The notes under the pieces: generated by a model
The model's input: only the letters and a program-made list of their open reading frames with translations
Databases searched by the model: none
Told to the model about the DNA's origin: nothing
DNA from: a virus
Strand: one strand, 5' to 3'
Virus record (IMG/VR): IMGVR_UViG_3300017760_000001
Span: 32,001 to 96,000 of that record
Length of the DNA stretch: 64,000 bases
Translations under genes and position numbers: made by a program
In this document: positions 46,840-57,541 of the stretch, piece after piece
Layout of the letters: each line of letters begins with the position of its first letter
Numbering within the stretch: position 1 is the first letter of the stretch

Positions 46840-49512
46840 TTATGTATTTAGTAGGTTGCCCGAAGCGTCATAGACGTTTATTACCCTAGCTCCCACTCGG
46901 TTTAGAGCAGCAATTATACTCTGTTTGTGATTTAAATAATCCGAATCTGACAAATCCGTAAGTGTTCCCACATCATCATGTACTTCGTTAATCGCACCGA
47001 CAAGTTCGGTTGCAGTTGTATTTAGTGTTGTGCCTGGCGTGATAGTTCCAGCAGTTGTAACATTCGCACCACTGAATGTCATTGCAGTGGTATCACCAGA
47101 TCTTACTATCAAGTTACCCGAAGTATTCTGGAATCTACCGAACTGAGTTCCACCGTCTTTAAGTAGTACGTCACCGCCATTGGCATCTAGTACTATGTCA
47201 CCATCAACATCAAATGTCAGACTACCATTAGGCACATCTATTTCAGTACCAGTCGCAGTAGTAAAGTGTACTTGGAATCTACCGTTCGATGCCGAATCAC
47301 GTAAGTAGACACGACCTTCGTTGGCATCAAGATAAATATTCTTATCGACTTCAAAAACTAAATTTCTGTTATAAACATGTTGTGTCACTGAATTACTATT
47401 GTTACCTAGATCAAAGGTTACTCTGTCTGAATCGATACTGTTATATCTTCCTTCAAACTTAATATCATCACCAGCTGCATGTAGTATAATATCACCAGTA
47501 GCATCAAGGTTAATACCAGATGTACCTGAAATTGTGTTATCTTTGAAATTGAAGTTTGCGATAGTACCACTGTCACCGTCTAGGTTATCTGCAAATACTG
47601 TTCCGTCAAAGTAACCGTTTTTCCATTCTTTACCAGAAGAACCTAAGTTATATGCGTTGTCTGATTTAGGAACTATGTTTGATGCAACTTGACCAGTGAA
47701 TGTAATGTCATCCCCTGTTCCATTACCCAGAGTGACATTACCATTTAATGTGGTATCACCATCTACATTCAAATGTCTGTCAACATCAAGATCGTTCTCA
47801 ATGTTTACATCGTTATTGAATACTGCATCTGAATCTTCGAATGATAATGCAAGTGTTTGATTTGAGTAGATACCTAATTGGTTAGAACCGATATGACGGA
47901 GTTTACCAAACTCAACGCCATCATCTTTTAGTCTGATGTCTTCACCACCAGCATCTAGTGTGATGTCGCCAGCCGCTTCAAACTCAACCCCACCTTGACC
48001 GTATATAATTCGAGTGCGTGATGGTGCGCCAGCAACACCCATTCGAGTTTTTACAAACTCAACACCATTACGATTGAATAAGATATCACTATCACCAGCA
48101 TCGAGGGTAATGTCACCAGCGACATCAACGGTGAAATCACCTTTACCCACATTTAATTTGAAGTTATTAGGGTTGCCTTCAGTACCCATCTGCCATCTTG
48201 CATAGTTATTTGATGGGCCATTTCTTCTGAATATAATATCACTGTCACCAGCATCCAGAACAATATCACCGTCAGTGTTTAGTGTGATATCCTGAGATGC
48301 ATTTATATCTACGGTTCCAGTAGTTGTTTGAGTGAAAGAAGCACCAGTTGTAACACCATAAGCACCACCAGATACAATATCGAATGTTCCTCGTGTATCG
48401 ATGTCCATGTTTCCAGTCGCACCGATATGGTATGTTCCAACCGCACTGTCCGATACATTACCTGTAACAGTTTCGGTTCGGTTACCAGTTGTTGCAATTG
48501 TGGTTGTTCCACCTAGAGTATATTGTTGACGTGTTGTACCACCGTCTTTTAATGTTATGTTATCTCCACCAGCATCGAGGGTAATGTCACCGGCCGCATC
48601 TACTAAGAAATCAGAAGGAACATGTATATCGAATGTGGCATCGTTATTAAGGTTTATTCGACAAGAATCACCCCCATCGCCATTTCTGAAGACTAGGTCG
48701 TTACCGTCCGCATCAAGGACGATATCCCCTACCACATCAAGTTTCAAGTTGGCGGGTGTACTTATTGTATATGTACCATTAACACCAAGATTATGAGTTA
48801 CTTGGTCATTACCATCACCATTCTTAAAGATAATGTCGTTACCTTCAGCATCAAAGGTTATGTCGCCATCCACATCAACAGTGTAATCACTTGGTGTAGT
48901 CACGGTATAATGACCATCATCGGCAATATTATGGGTTACTGTATCTCCACCCTGACCATTCTTAAAGATAATGTCGTTACCGTCAGCGTCAAGAGTAATA
49001 TCACCAAGTGCATCAAAAATGAAATTACCAGATGCGCTCATGTCGATATTACCAGTAGTATTCTGAATAAAGTTACTACCAGTTGTGAGAGTGTATGTAG
49101 AGTTACCTGTTACGGTGATTGTTCCACCAACAGAATCTAGAGATGTACTGGCAACCTTATTGATGTAGGTTCCAGAATGATCACCGTCAAAATTAACACT
49201 AGTAAGATTGATATGACGAACGGCATCAACAAGAAAGTCTTGACCAGCATCAATGTCGATGTCTGTACCACCACTTTGATTAGTACTAATCTTCAGTCGT
49301 GTCTGAGTCTCCCCCGCTTGTCCGTTTGGATATAAGATCTCACCAGCAGATGCATCGAATGCAGCTTCAATCTCATTCAATACTGTAACAAGATCACTGT
49401 CTTGATAAGTATTCAGTTGCGATGGATCACCGACATTATTACTCAGTATGTTGAACTTGTCAACAAACAGTTTAAATGACTCTTGTAATCTTACTATTGG
49501 TTTTCTTGACAT
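46840..49512 (-). CDS. Fibre protein with GDITLDA repeats
   Basis: About a dozen GDI(T/V)LDA-x-G-x-DI repeats; LVxxLNE-type caps at both ends. Confidence 0.78.
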   Translation of the reverse strand: MSRKPIVRLQESFKLFVDKFNILSNNVGDPSQLNTYQDSDLVTVLNEIEAAFDASAGEILYPNGQAGETQTRLKISTNQSGGTDIDIDAGQDFLVDAVRHINLTSVNFDGDHSGTYINKVASTSLDSVGGTITVTGNSTYTLTTGSNFIQNTTGNIDMSASGNFIFDALGDITLDADGNDIIFKNGQGGDTVTHNIADDGHYTVTTPSDYTVDVDGDITFDAEGNDIIFKNGDGNDQVTHNLGVNGTYTISTPANLKLDVVGDIVLDADGNDLVFRNGDGGDSCRINLNNDATFDIHVPSDFLVDAAGDITLDAGGDNITLKDGGTTRQQYTLGGTTTIATTGNRTETVTGNVSDSAVGTYHIGATGNMDIDTRGTFDIVSGGAYGVTTGASFTQTTTGTVDINASQDITLNTDGDIVLDAGDSDIIFRRNGPSNNYARWQMGTEGNPNNFKLNVGKGDFTVDVAGDITLDAGDSDILFNRNGVEFVKTRMGVAGAPSRTRIIYGQGGVEFEAAGDITLDAGGEDIRLKDDGVEFGKLRHIGSNQLGIYSNQTLALSFEDSDAVFNNDVNIENDLDVDRHLNVDGDTTLNGNVTLGNGTGDDITFTGQVASNIVPKSDNAYNLGSSGKEWKNGYFDGTVFADNLDGDSGTIANFNFKDNTISGTSGINLDATGDIILHAAGDDIKFEGRYNSIDSDRVTFDLGNNSNSVTQHVYNRNLVFEVDKNIYLDANEGRVYLRDSASNGRFQVHFTTATGTEIDVPNGSLTFDVDGDIVLDANGGDVLLKDGGTQFGRFQNTSGNLIVRSGDTTAMTFSGANVTTAGTITPGTTLNTTATELVGAINEVHDDVGTLTDLSDSDYLNHKQSIIAALNRVGARVINVYDASGNLLNT

Positions 49513-49751
49513 TATAGTTTCTCTATAAGTTGCGAAAGCATATTTTTCATGTCTGAGATATCACTCTCTAAACCTTCAACCTTTGCTTTCAGATCTTTTT
49601 GTTCTTTTATTTTTTGGTGTTTAAGACGTTTCTGTTCTAACTGCTGTTGAACCTTTCTAGTATTTATATTAACTATAGCTCCAGTATCAGGGTCACGAGC
49701 CAAATCTGGGTGACCCTCTACTGTTATATACTTTTTAGGTTTAGTCTGCAA
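49512..49751 (-). CDS. Small coiled-coil hypothetical protein
   Basis: VEGHPDLARDPDTGAIVN followed by a coiled coil. Confidence 0.75.
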   Translation of the reverse strand: MQTKPKKYITVEGHPDLARDPDTGAIVNINTRKVQQQLEQKRLKHQKIKEQKDLKAKVEGLESDISDMKNMLSQLIEKL

Positions 49752-52700
49752 GTGCTATCACCCTCAATGATTTAATTACAGGAACTTTAGCAGCAGTCAA
49801 ACTAGAGAATACTATCTTCAACTGGAACCTATCAAATCTTGTCAACGGTTGAACTGGATTGTCCCCAATTACGAACTGATACTCACGGAAATTATTTTTA
49901 TTAGTATCCGCAGGCATATCACCTTCTGGAGATATGTAATTCCAACTCACATTTTTAATGTTTTGGTCTTTATTACAAGTTCTGTAGTATAGACCAATAC
50001 CTGTGTCTGGTGGTCTATTCACACCCATCTTAACCGAAATACCCTGAGACGATTGCGCTAGATCAATTGGAATACAGACATGTTTAGCGGCGACTGTACC
50101 ACCTAAAATGTTTTCTTCATCAAGTTCGTTGTACCTGTTATCCAACTCATCAGAAAAAATGAACTCCTCGTCAATAAACTCATCATTGTTATCAATAACA
50201 TTGTGTGTCAGTTTAAGATCAGATGACTCCATGTCTAGTATAGGACTAACTCGTGTATCCGCAGTTGTTAATACCAACTGACCAGCAAATGACTTAAACT
50301 TATCGTTGGCATCAAGTGGATTAACAAAATTATTCTCAGTCTCTTCTTCAAATGTATTGAAAATACAATATTCCTTATCCAGATCCAATCTAGTTTTATT
50401 CTTCATTAAAGTGAAATTGGTATCCCTAACAAATCTAGTTCCGTCACTGTCACTCAACGGTGAATTGTCATACATTTTTGCAGAGAAAGTATAGTTAGTA
50501 GTCTCTGGTTGTACTATATCGAAGTCTGGTCTGATCTGTTCAAAAGGCAAGTGTTGTAACATCGTAACCGTACCACCACCAGTCCTTCCGTTAGCGTTTG
50601 ATTTACCTCTTACTTTAACTCGGATACTTGTAGCATCTACACCCTGAACCTCTAACAAGTTGGTTGTTACAGCAGCCTTGTTGGCACCCTCAGACATAAT
50701 CTCAGAACCTTGGATACCATTGTAAGATGTACTACTAGTTAATCCAAATATTCTAGTCTTATCGCCCTTTCTCAGACCATGACCTTCAGCAAAAACGGTA
50801 ACAGTCGCATTTCCTGATCCATCACTGTCGTCATTTTCATCAGTCATTATAGGATTAGCTACTAATTTCATTGGTCGAAGTTTTCGGTTGGCCAACTGTA
50901 CCGTACCTTTGGTTTCAAACTCCGCACGATAGAAGACAAACGCCAGATCTTGTTCACCACGTGGTTCCCAAACATCTGTATTCTGAGATACGAACAACGA
51001 ACCTAAAGTTGGTTGTTGTTGAATAAGTGTATCGGTAGAACCTAACAAGAACTCTTTTACTTGTGAGATGTACAACTTATACTTCATAGACTTAGAACGA
51101 ATAATGATTGCGTAGTTTGCACCATTACCTTGCAAGAAGATCGGTTCGTCAAATACGAAGTCAGTACCAGTTGATAACATATCACCTATAGTAGCGCCAC
51201 TTTCAGCTAAAGTTCTAACCTGAGAAGGAATCAAGTTCACAAGTGAGCCTGGAACTCTTCGGGTACGATCTGGTTTACCAGCAGGAGCTTCCGTAATTGC
51301 AATACTTACACCGTGTTGGATATCTTCTGCCGAAGGTTTCTCAGCAAAGAATAATCTTACACGAGTCAGAGTAATACCATTTGGATCTAGTACCTCGAAT
51401 GATTGTGCAGTTGGATCTTCATCCTTATAAACCGCACCTTTTGGTTGAATAGTAACTACTCCATCACCAGTACCGTATCTAGGTATGAAGGTCTGTTCGT
51501 TATCGTAAACATAACTGGCAAGACCACCTTGACCCTGAGCATAATCATATGTCACGTTCTGTCCAACATGAATAGATTGAGTACCAGTAATCTCGGTGTT
51601 TACTTCGGTCTCTCCATGTACTGGAGTTCTGGTGATCTCAACTTTCTCATCTGTTACTATGTTGGACGCTACTATCGGATCATCCGAACTTACAGTATGA
51701 GTAGTGAATCTGTCGTTGTCAACTGTGGTATCCTGTATGCCACTAGTTTCTAATACACGAGTTGTAGTGACCGTATACTCACCCTGTAGACTTTGAATCG
51801 CACCAGCAGAAGTATATCTTTGTGATGCGTAAGACAACGCCTTGTCCTTGTCTGGTACACTAACATCATACAATTCGAACAACGCTGTTCCAGTTGGGAA
51901 TCGCATCGGAGGTTGAACTATATTAGGGATTTCAAACTCACCCTCAAGAACACCATTGCCATCAGATATCAATGAACCAGAACCTTCGGAGTGTTCGGTT
52001 GAGGTTGGTAATTCTACCTCTGGAACCATGTTTGCGCCAGACTCAACATCAAAATAATCAGGATCTTCAAGTGTGGAAGACTTATAGAAAGTCTTCGGTT
52101 TACAGAACCTAGACACATCCGTGTCATTAAAGAATGGGAAGTAACGAGTATTTGGACGTAAGTTGGTCGCCTTGAACGATACCTTTCTCGATCTCATGAA
52201 AGGAATGTGCAATATTTGTAATACACGATTGTCTACAATTTCTTCGAGAACAGATTCCGAAACAATTCTTGCTACCGAAGTAGTTGTTTCGGTTGCAGTG
52301 TTATATTCTTCTGTTGTTAGATTATAGTTTGTTGTACTTACAGTATCAGTCTTCGCTAAACTAGTATTGGTAGTTGTAACCTGAATACCAGTGTCACGAC
52401 TATACGTTTCAATTTCTGTGCTGACATCTGTATAGTAATCAGTTATAACCACATTATTAACCGCAGTTGCATCACCTACATAGATAGCAAATGACCGTTT
52501 GCCTGATAGATTACCGCTAGACAGTCTTCTTCCCTTAGTAGTTCTGAGGTGGAATTTTCCGTCTTTGATCCCCCTGATTAGGACTAGACCGCCAGGTTTA
52601 ACTTTTTTAGCTGTATAACCTTCGCCAGCAAACGTCCAAACACCGTTATTAGGGTCATAATAACCCTGAGCGGTATATGGGTTTGTCGATTTGAAGGTAT

Positions 52701-55700
52701 TCTTTTGAGCTGCATCCGCTGGTGGTTCCGAAACAAAAACATCAGCATGTTCGTTGTGATTACTTCGTGGACAAGTACCGACATAACTATTGAAGTTGTG
52801 ATTAGCAGGTTTTTGGAATACCCACTCATCAGCCTCTCTGAGTTTGCCTGGAGGCCAAGACTTTCCGTTTTGACCTGTTGTATAGTCCCAATCAAACTCA
52901 TCTTGATGACCTACTACTCCATAGGTTACATCTTTTGTGGTGACTTCTTTGGTGTCACCAACAACTCTGTTCGTTGTTTGTGAAAGAATTTCAGTACCAG
53001 TTGATAAGACTTCATTAGTTGATGTTGAACCTGTGGATACCCAGTCACCTAGGTCTTCCGTAACTTTCTGACCGATAAATGAAGTATCAGTACCTATCAG
53101 TGTTGTTACTGGTAGAGAGGTTGCAACCAGAGGTTCTGAAGTCATTCCAACCTGAAGGTCAGCGACATCTATACCACTCCACGAATATTCTCCAATATTA
53201 TAGAGTAGACCCTGATCAGTACTAAATTCAGTGCCACCATCAACCAAAAGTGGAGCATCATGATCTATTTCCATCCAAGTATCTTTTGAGGGTGAAAGTA
53301 CTAGATCACCAGCGGTCTTTTCAACATGGAATGGGTTAACATTAATAGTTCTAGATGCAACAGTCTGGGAAAGGTATACTTTCTCGGTGTGTGCAAGATA
53401 AACATTGTCGCCTTTTTTAACAGTATTTGTGGAGTTATCACTATCATAATTTAAGAATGTCGATCTACACTTATAGCCAGGTCTAATTAACCCTTTAGTC
53501 ACATCCATTGATGCTCTATGCTCAATGCTTTTGGTATCTGTGAATTTTTGGTTCTTAAAGTTATCTACAAAGAAACCTGTGTGAATTCTTTCTTCACCAG
53601 TGGAATCAAAAAGTCTTTCATTAGCAGCATTGACTTCTAGTAAAGAAAGTGTAGTCGCTTGTTCTAACTTGTCAAGTCTTTTTTCAATCTTGTTGATGTC
53701 TTCCATCGTATAACCACGTCTAGGAATAATCGTGGTTTCGATATCTTTAGTATGCAAAGTGTTTGCATTCATCTGGATCTTGTAGAGATCAATACAATCA
53801 ACAGGAGTAGAAGGATACTTAGGTTGTAATGATGGTACACCCATGATCAATCGTAACTCGCCGCCTTTCGATAACACTAGTTTATCAAGACGAGGCATGA
53901 AGTACTCACCGTCAGCGTTTATCAAAGTATTTGCTTGTGGTAGGTCTAAAGTTAAACCTGATGTGAAGTTACCACTACCATTCACAGTTGGTCGTAAGTC
54001 GATAACATCACGCAAACTTACTAGTCTACCATTTTCGGTTCGGTGAACAGGTAAATTTACGTAGTCAACCTGACCAGAGTATGAACTAACATCGAAGAAA
54101 TCACCAGTACCATGTGCGAAATAATCGAAGTCAACATAGACATTTTGACCTACAGAGTCCAGACCGTGACTGTATATTAATTTTGCTAGATCATAGTGCG
54201 TGTCTCTCTGACCATTATCAACTTTAAAGGAAGATAAAACATTTTTACCATTGACATCATTCGCTTTACAAGCATTGATTCTATATAAATCGGTTTGTGC
54301 TAGATCTAAGAACTTAACACCTTGACCATCGGAGTCTAATCCATAGGTTCCTGTGACTTTAGTTAGTGTTTTTTGTTTTCTCTGAGGATTAGGTATCTGT
54401 TCATAATGCATGACCTCATAAGTTACACCATTTGCAAGGCCATTAATTGTTGATGAGTTAGTCCCAAAACTAATGAACGAACCGTCAACGTGATCTGAGT
54501 CTGGTGAAGATACGATCCATTCTCCAGAATTAGCTAAGGCATTACCACTAGTAACATTAAGTGTTGCGGTAGTCCCAGAAGCCGTGACACTTTTCTTTTT
54601 TGCAACCGTCATTAAATGATCGGTAAAGGTTTTTGGTCTGGGTAACGGACTATCAAATATAAGATTTCGTTGACTCGTTTGATACAGAGCAGTTTGATTT
54701 TGTTCTTGATACAGATTCACATAATTGTTAGTAGCGTCACCAGTGTCGGTTACGATAGACTTAATGTCTCGTATGGTTTTAGCAGGATTTGTAATTTTTG
54801 TATTGAAAACGTGTAATTTTCGTGTTCCTAACACAGAACTATTTGAATTCAACGCACGAACATTAGTTGTACCAATAGCATTACCGCCACCATTAACAGC
54901 ATCTCTCAACTGTAGTTCTTGACAAGAAGTAAAGTCTGGCATATCACCCTTACCGTCAGTATACAGGAAGTAGTTACCATAGTCAACAGTAATTGCATCA
55001 TTATTTCTAATGATGGTGTCAGTAGGTCTATCCGAAAGGATAGTGGTAGGCGCATCTTTGTTGATACGATAACCTTTAACATATGCGGTGCCTGGTGTTA
55101 CTTTTAGTTTAAAAGTAGTGGCATTGTTAGGTTCAAACGAAGCACGGAAATAACGTCTAACATAATCACCAGATTCTTCGTGAGTACGGATTGCCATCTC
55201 GTCTTTGATAGACTTGAAACCAGAACTTGTTGTTGTTTTAGAAACAATCTGTCCACCAACAACTTCAATAATTGGAATAAAGTTTTCGTTGTTTTTTACA
55301 ACCCTACCGTCAGCAAGAGTAAGAGTGATTCGATATCTATCAGCTCCAGGCGAGGTTAAATTTGGTGTCGCCCCTTGATTATCATATAGGGTAGCATCGT
55401 CATCAACGTTTACGATATCTTGGGTAATCTTAAAACCAAAACGACTCGATTGGTCGGTTTCGTATTTACGGAAAATTAGTTTTTGTGGAGGACAGTAAAC
55501 AACGTGACCTTGTATGAAAAAATGACCCTCGTCAACAGATATGGCGGAACCTAAACCTACCGCTGGATTAAGAGAAGTATTAGTGGTTTGAACATTAAAT
55601 GTAAATGATGAACCAGTCGTACTAGTTATTTCTTCACCAGCTGAAATTCTAGTGCCTTGAGTAGTCTGAGACTGATCCTTCAAATACTCTACGAATAATG

Positions 55701-56064
55701 TGTCTGGATCACTATTCTCAGCTGCAATAGCATTAACAACTAAAAATTCAATTGAACTATCAGAGTTTCTGAACGTTAAACCTTCTAGTACACTTGGATC
55801 ATCAGGGAAGGACGGTGACTCAATTTTAATAAACTCTAGTTTGTTGTCAACTCTAAACGAGCCTGGAGTTATTGATGCGCCTTCGTTAAACAAGTTACCA
55901 GCGAGTTGAGAAAACTGTTGTTGAATTATTGTTTGTAACTGAGTTAACTCTCTTGCTTGTAACGCACGTCCACTATTAAATAAGATCTTATGATAATTTT
56001 TACTCTTATCGTAATCGTCTTTATAAGTTGTCGCAAAAGTATTTTCTGTATAAGTCGTTGGCAT
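49741..56064 (-). CDS. Large baseplate-associated structural protein (VrlC/DUF4815-like)
   Basis: ILFNSGRALQARELTQLQ, PGADR, RTHEESGDY, YTMEDI.KIEKR, GFFVDNF, PTAQSF. Confidence 0.88.
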   Translation of the reverse strand: MPTTYTENTFATTYKDDYDKSKNYHKILFNSGRALQARELTQLQTIIQQQFSQLAGNLFNEGASITPGSFRVDNKLEFIKIESPSFPDDPSVLEGLTFRNSDSSIEFLVVNAIAAENSDPDTLFVEYLKDQSQTTQGTRISAGEEITSTTGSSFTFNVQTTNTSLNPAVGLGSAISVDEGHFFIQGHVVYCPPQKLIFRKYETDQSSRFGFKITQDIVNVDDDATLYDNQGATPNLTSPGADRYRITLTLADGRVVKNNENFIPIIEVVGGQIVSKTTTSSGFKSIKDEMAIRTHEESGDYVRRYFRASFEPNNATTFKLKVTPGTAYVKGYRINKDAPTTILSDRPTDTIIRNNDAITVDYGNYFLYTDGKGDMPDFTSCQELQLRDAVNGGGNAIGTTNVRALNSNSSVLGTRKLHVFNTKITNPAKTIRDIKSIVTDTGDATNNYVNLYQEQNQTALYQTSQRNLIFDSPLPRPKTFTDHLMTVAKKKSVTASGTTATLNVTSGNALANSGEWIVSSPDSDHVDGSFISFGTNSSTINGLANGVTYEVMHYEQIPNPQRKQKTLTKVTGTYGLDSDGQGVKFLDLAQTDLYRINACKANDVNGKNVLSSFKVDNGQRDTHYDLAKLIYSHGLDSVGQNVYVDFDYFAHGTGDFFDVSSYSGQVDYVNLPVHRTENGRLVSLRDVIDLRPTVNGSGNFTSGLTLDLPQANTLINADGEYFMPRLDKLVLSKGGELRLIMGVPSLQPKYPSTPVDCIDLYKIQMNANTLHTKDIETTIIPRRGYTMEDINKIEKRLDKLEQATTLSLLEVNAANERLFDSTGEERIHTGFFVDNFKNQKFTDTKSIEHRASMDVTKGLIRPGYKCRSTFLNYDSDNSTNTVKKGDNVYLAHTEKVYLSQTVASRTINVNPFHVEKTAGDLVLSPSKDTWMEIDHDAPLLVDGGTEFSTDQGLLYNIGEYSWSGIDVADLQVGMTSEPLVATSLPVTTLIGTDTSFIGQKVTEDLGDWVSTGSTSTNEVLSTGTEILSQTTNRVVGDTKEVTTKDVTYGVVGHQDEFDWDYTTGQNGKSWPPGKLREADEWVFQKPANHNFNSYVGTCPRSNHNEHADVFVSEPPADAAQKNTFKSTNPYTAQGYYDPNNGVWTFAGEGYTAKKVKPGGLVLIRGIKDGKFHLRTTKGRRLSSGNLSGKRSFAIYVGDATAVNNVVITDYYTDVSTEIETYSRDTGIQVTTTNTSLAKTDTVSTTNYNLTTEEYNTATETTTSVARIVSESVLEEIVDNRVLQILHIPFMRSRKVSFKATNLRPNTRYFPFFNDTDVSRFCKPKTFYKSSTLEDPDYFDVESGANMVPEVELPTSTEHSEGSGSLISDGNGVLEGEFEIPNIVQPPMRFPTGTALFELYDVSVPDKDKALSYASQRYTSAGAIQSLQGEYTVTTTRVLETSGIQDTTVDNDRFTTHTVSSDDPIVASNIVTDEKVEITRTPVHGETEVNTEITGTQSIHVGQNVTYDYAQGQGGLASYVYDNEQTFIPRYGTGDGVVTIQPKGAVYKDEDPTAQSFEVLDPNGITLTRVRLFFAEKPSAEDIQHGVSIAITEAPAGKPDRTRRVPGSLVNLIPSQVRTLAESGATIGDMLSTGTDFVFDEPIFLQGNGANYAIIIRSKSMKYKLYISQVKEFLLGSTDTLIQQQPTLGSLFVSQNTDVWEPRGEQDLAFVFYRAEFETKGTVQLANRKLRPMKLVANPIMTDENDDSDGSGNATVTVFAEGHGLRKGDKTRIFGLTSSTSYNGIQGSEIMSEGANKAAVTTNLLEVQGVDATSIRVKVRGKSNANGRTGGGTVTMLQHLPFEQIRPDFDIVQPETTNYTFSAKMYDNSPLSDSDGTRFVRDTNFTLMKNKTRLDLDKEYCIFNTFEEETENNFVNPLDANDKFKSFAGQLVLTTADTRVSPILDMESSDLKLTHNVIDNNDEFIDEEFIFSDELDNRYNELDEENILGGTVAAKHVCIPIDLAQSSQGISVKMGVNRPPDTGIGLYYRTCNKDQNIKNVSWNYISPEGDMPADTNKNNFREYQFVIGDNPVQPLTRFDRFQLKIVFSSLTAAKVPVIKSLRVIALAD

Positions 56065-56077
56065 CTTCTATGTTACC

Positions 56078-57532
56078 TTAGAGTTGTATTACGATTTTTA
56101 AATCTTCTGTTTGTTCAGCTGAACGATCAACTGCTGCTCTGTTATCAATATATAGGAGTTCTCCAGAATGAGGATCTATCTCTCCTCTAAGGAATCCATT
56201 AGATTTTATAGTCCCTTGAACACCACTAGGATTTTCAACAACATCTCCATCTGCAAATGCTCTAAATTGAGTATCTTCTGTTTGATGCACTAGTAGTCTC
56301 ACTTCATTATTAACCGCATCGACAGAGTCGATAGCATCAACATATGCCGTTGCTCTAGGTAAAGCACCTGTCTGTGAAGTAATTGTTGTATCTTCAGTGA
56401 AAGTACCAGCGCCACTCAATTCAATTCTATCTAGTGTACTGCCTGTCGCATCAGCGAAAAAGTGTGTGTCTTCTCTATTAGCAGAATCTCTAACCAATGG
56501 ATTACGAACAAGTATAACTTGACGGAAGGTGTTGTCACCTATCAAAAAATCTCCATTTTCTGTACCATCGATCTTAGCGTTGAACATACACGCACCTGTT
56601 TTCAGATCATCTCTCGGATCAGCGCCCAGACCCTTCTCTGGGCCAAGAATAACACGAGCTTTTGCGCCAGTACCACCACCACCAGTGATAGCAACACTAG
56701 CACGTTTATAACCAGATCCACGGAAGGAACGTTTGTCTGCAGCAAGTGATGCGTAACTAGATGGTAATGTTCCATTTAGATTTCTATCAGAATCTCCCTT
56801 AACCCTAACATCTACTAATGCATTACCCGAAATAATTGGAACAAGTACACAACCTGTGCCATCACCTATTACTTCAACTGTAGGTGTAGAAGTATAACCA
56901 CTACCTTGATCAGTAACTTCAATACCCACCACTTCACCAGGCCTTGCCGCTAATTGTACTGCACGTTGTTCTACTACTTCCGCAGTCGCATCAACAGATG
57001 CAGCTTCATCGGAATCAACAAGCTGTACAGGCATATAAGACGAAGAAAGGAATTTAGAAGCACGCAAAGCACCAATAGAAAAAATAAACTTCCATCGATA
57101 TCCATCGGAAGTTTCAAATGGTTGACCGTTTGTGTTACCAGTTGGTTGTTCCGTAGAAACTACAGCGGAACCATTAGCATCTCTACCTTGTTGTACACAA
57201 ATGTAAATTTCTTGGTTACTATTCATTACATAGAATTGATTGAGTGGGTAACCAATCGTGTCATCATCATAATGGTTATATATCGCACCAGAAGTCCAAT
57301 TACTACGAGGAACAACGAATGATCTGTCGGTGATATTTTTCATAGACTGCATGTTCATTCTAGCATCACGTTCATCTCTAACACGAGGTTGTGGAGTAAC
57401 AGGATTATCTGATGCATCCCACTGTTCAGATCTACCGATACCAGCGTAATATCTTACACCAGTGGAATCAAAATCGTTGAATAGATCAAGAAGAAATTGT
57501 TTTTTAATTTTGTCTGTTACTATAGCACTCAT
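56078..57532 (-). CDS. gp8: Baseplate wedge protein gp8-like
   Basis: VVPRSNWTSG, YVMNS, SDGYRWKF, SGELLYIDNR, QTEDLKIVIQL. Confidence 0.88.
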   Translation of the reverse strand: MSAIVTDKIKKQFLLDLFNDFDSTGVRYYAGIGRSEQWDASDNPVTPQPRVRDERDARMNMQSMKNITDRSFVVPRSNWTSGAIYNHYDDDTIGYPLNQFYVMNSNQEIYICVQQGRDANGSAVVSTEQPTGNTNGQPFETSDGYRWKFIFSIGALRASKFLSSSYMPVQLVDSDEAASVDATAEVVEQRAVQLAARPGEVVGIEVTDQGSGYTSTPTVEVIGDGTGCVLVPIISGNALVDVRVKGDSDRNLNGTLPSSYASLAADKRSFRGSGYKRASVAITGGGGTGAKARVILGPEKGLGADPRDDLKTGACMFNAKIDGTENGDFLIGDNTFRQVILVRNPLVRDSANREDTHFFADATGSTLDRIELSGAGTFTEDTTITSQTGALPRATAYVDAIDSVDAVNNEVRLLVHQTEDTQFRAFADGDVVENPSGVQGTIKSNGFLRGEIDPHSGELLYIDNRAAVDRSAEQTEDLKIVIQL

Positions 57533-57541
57533 TTACTTTTC

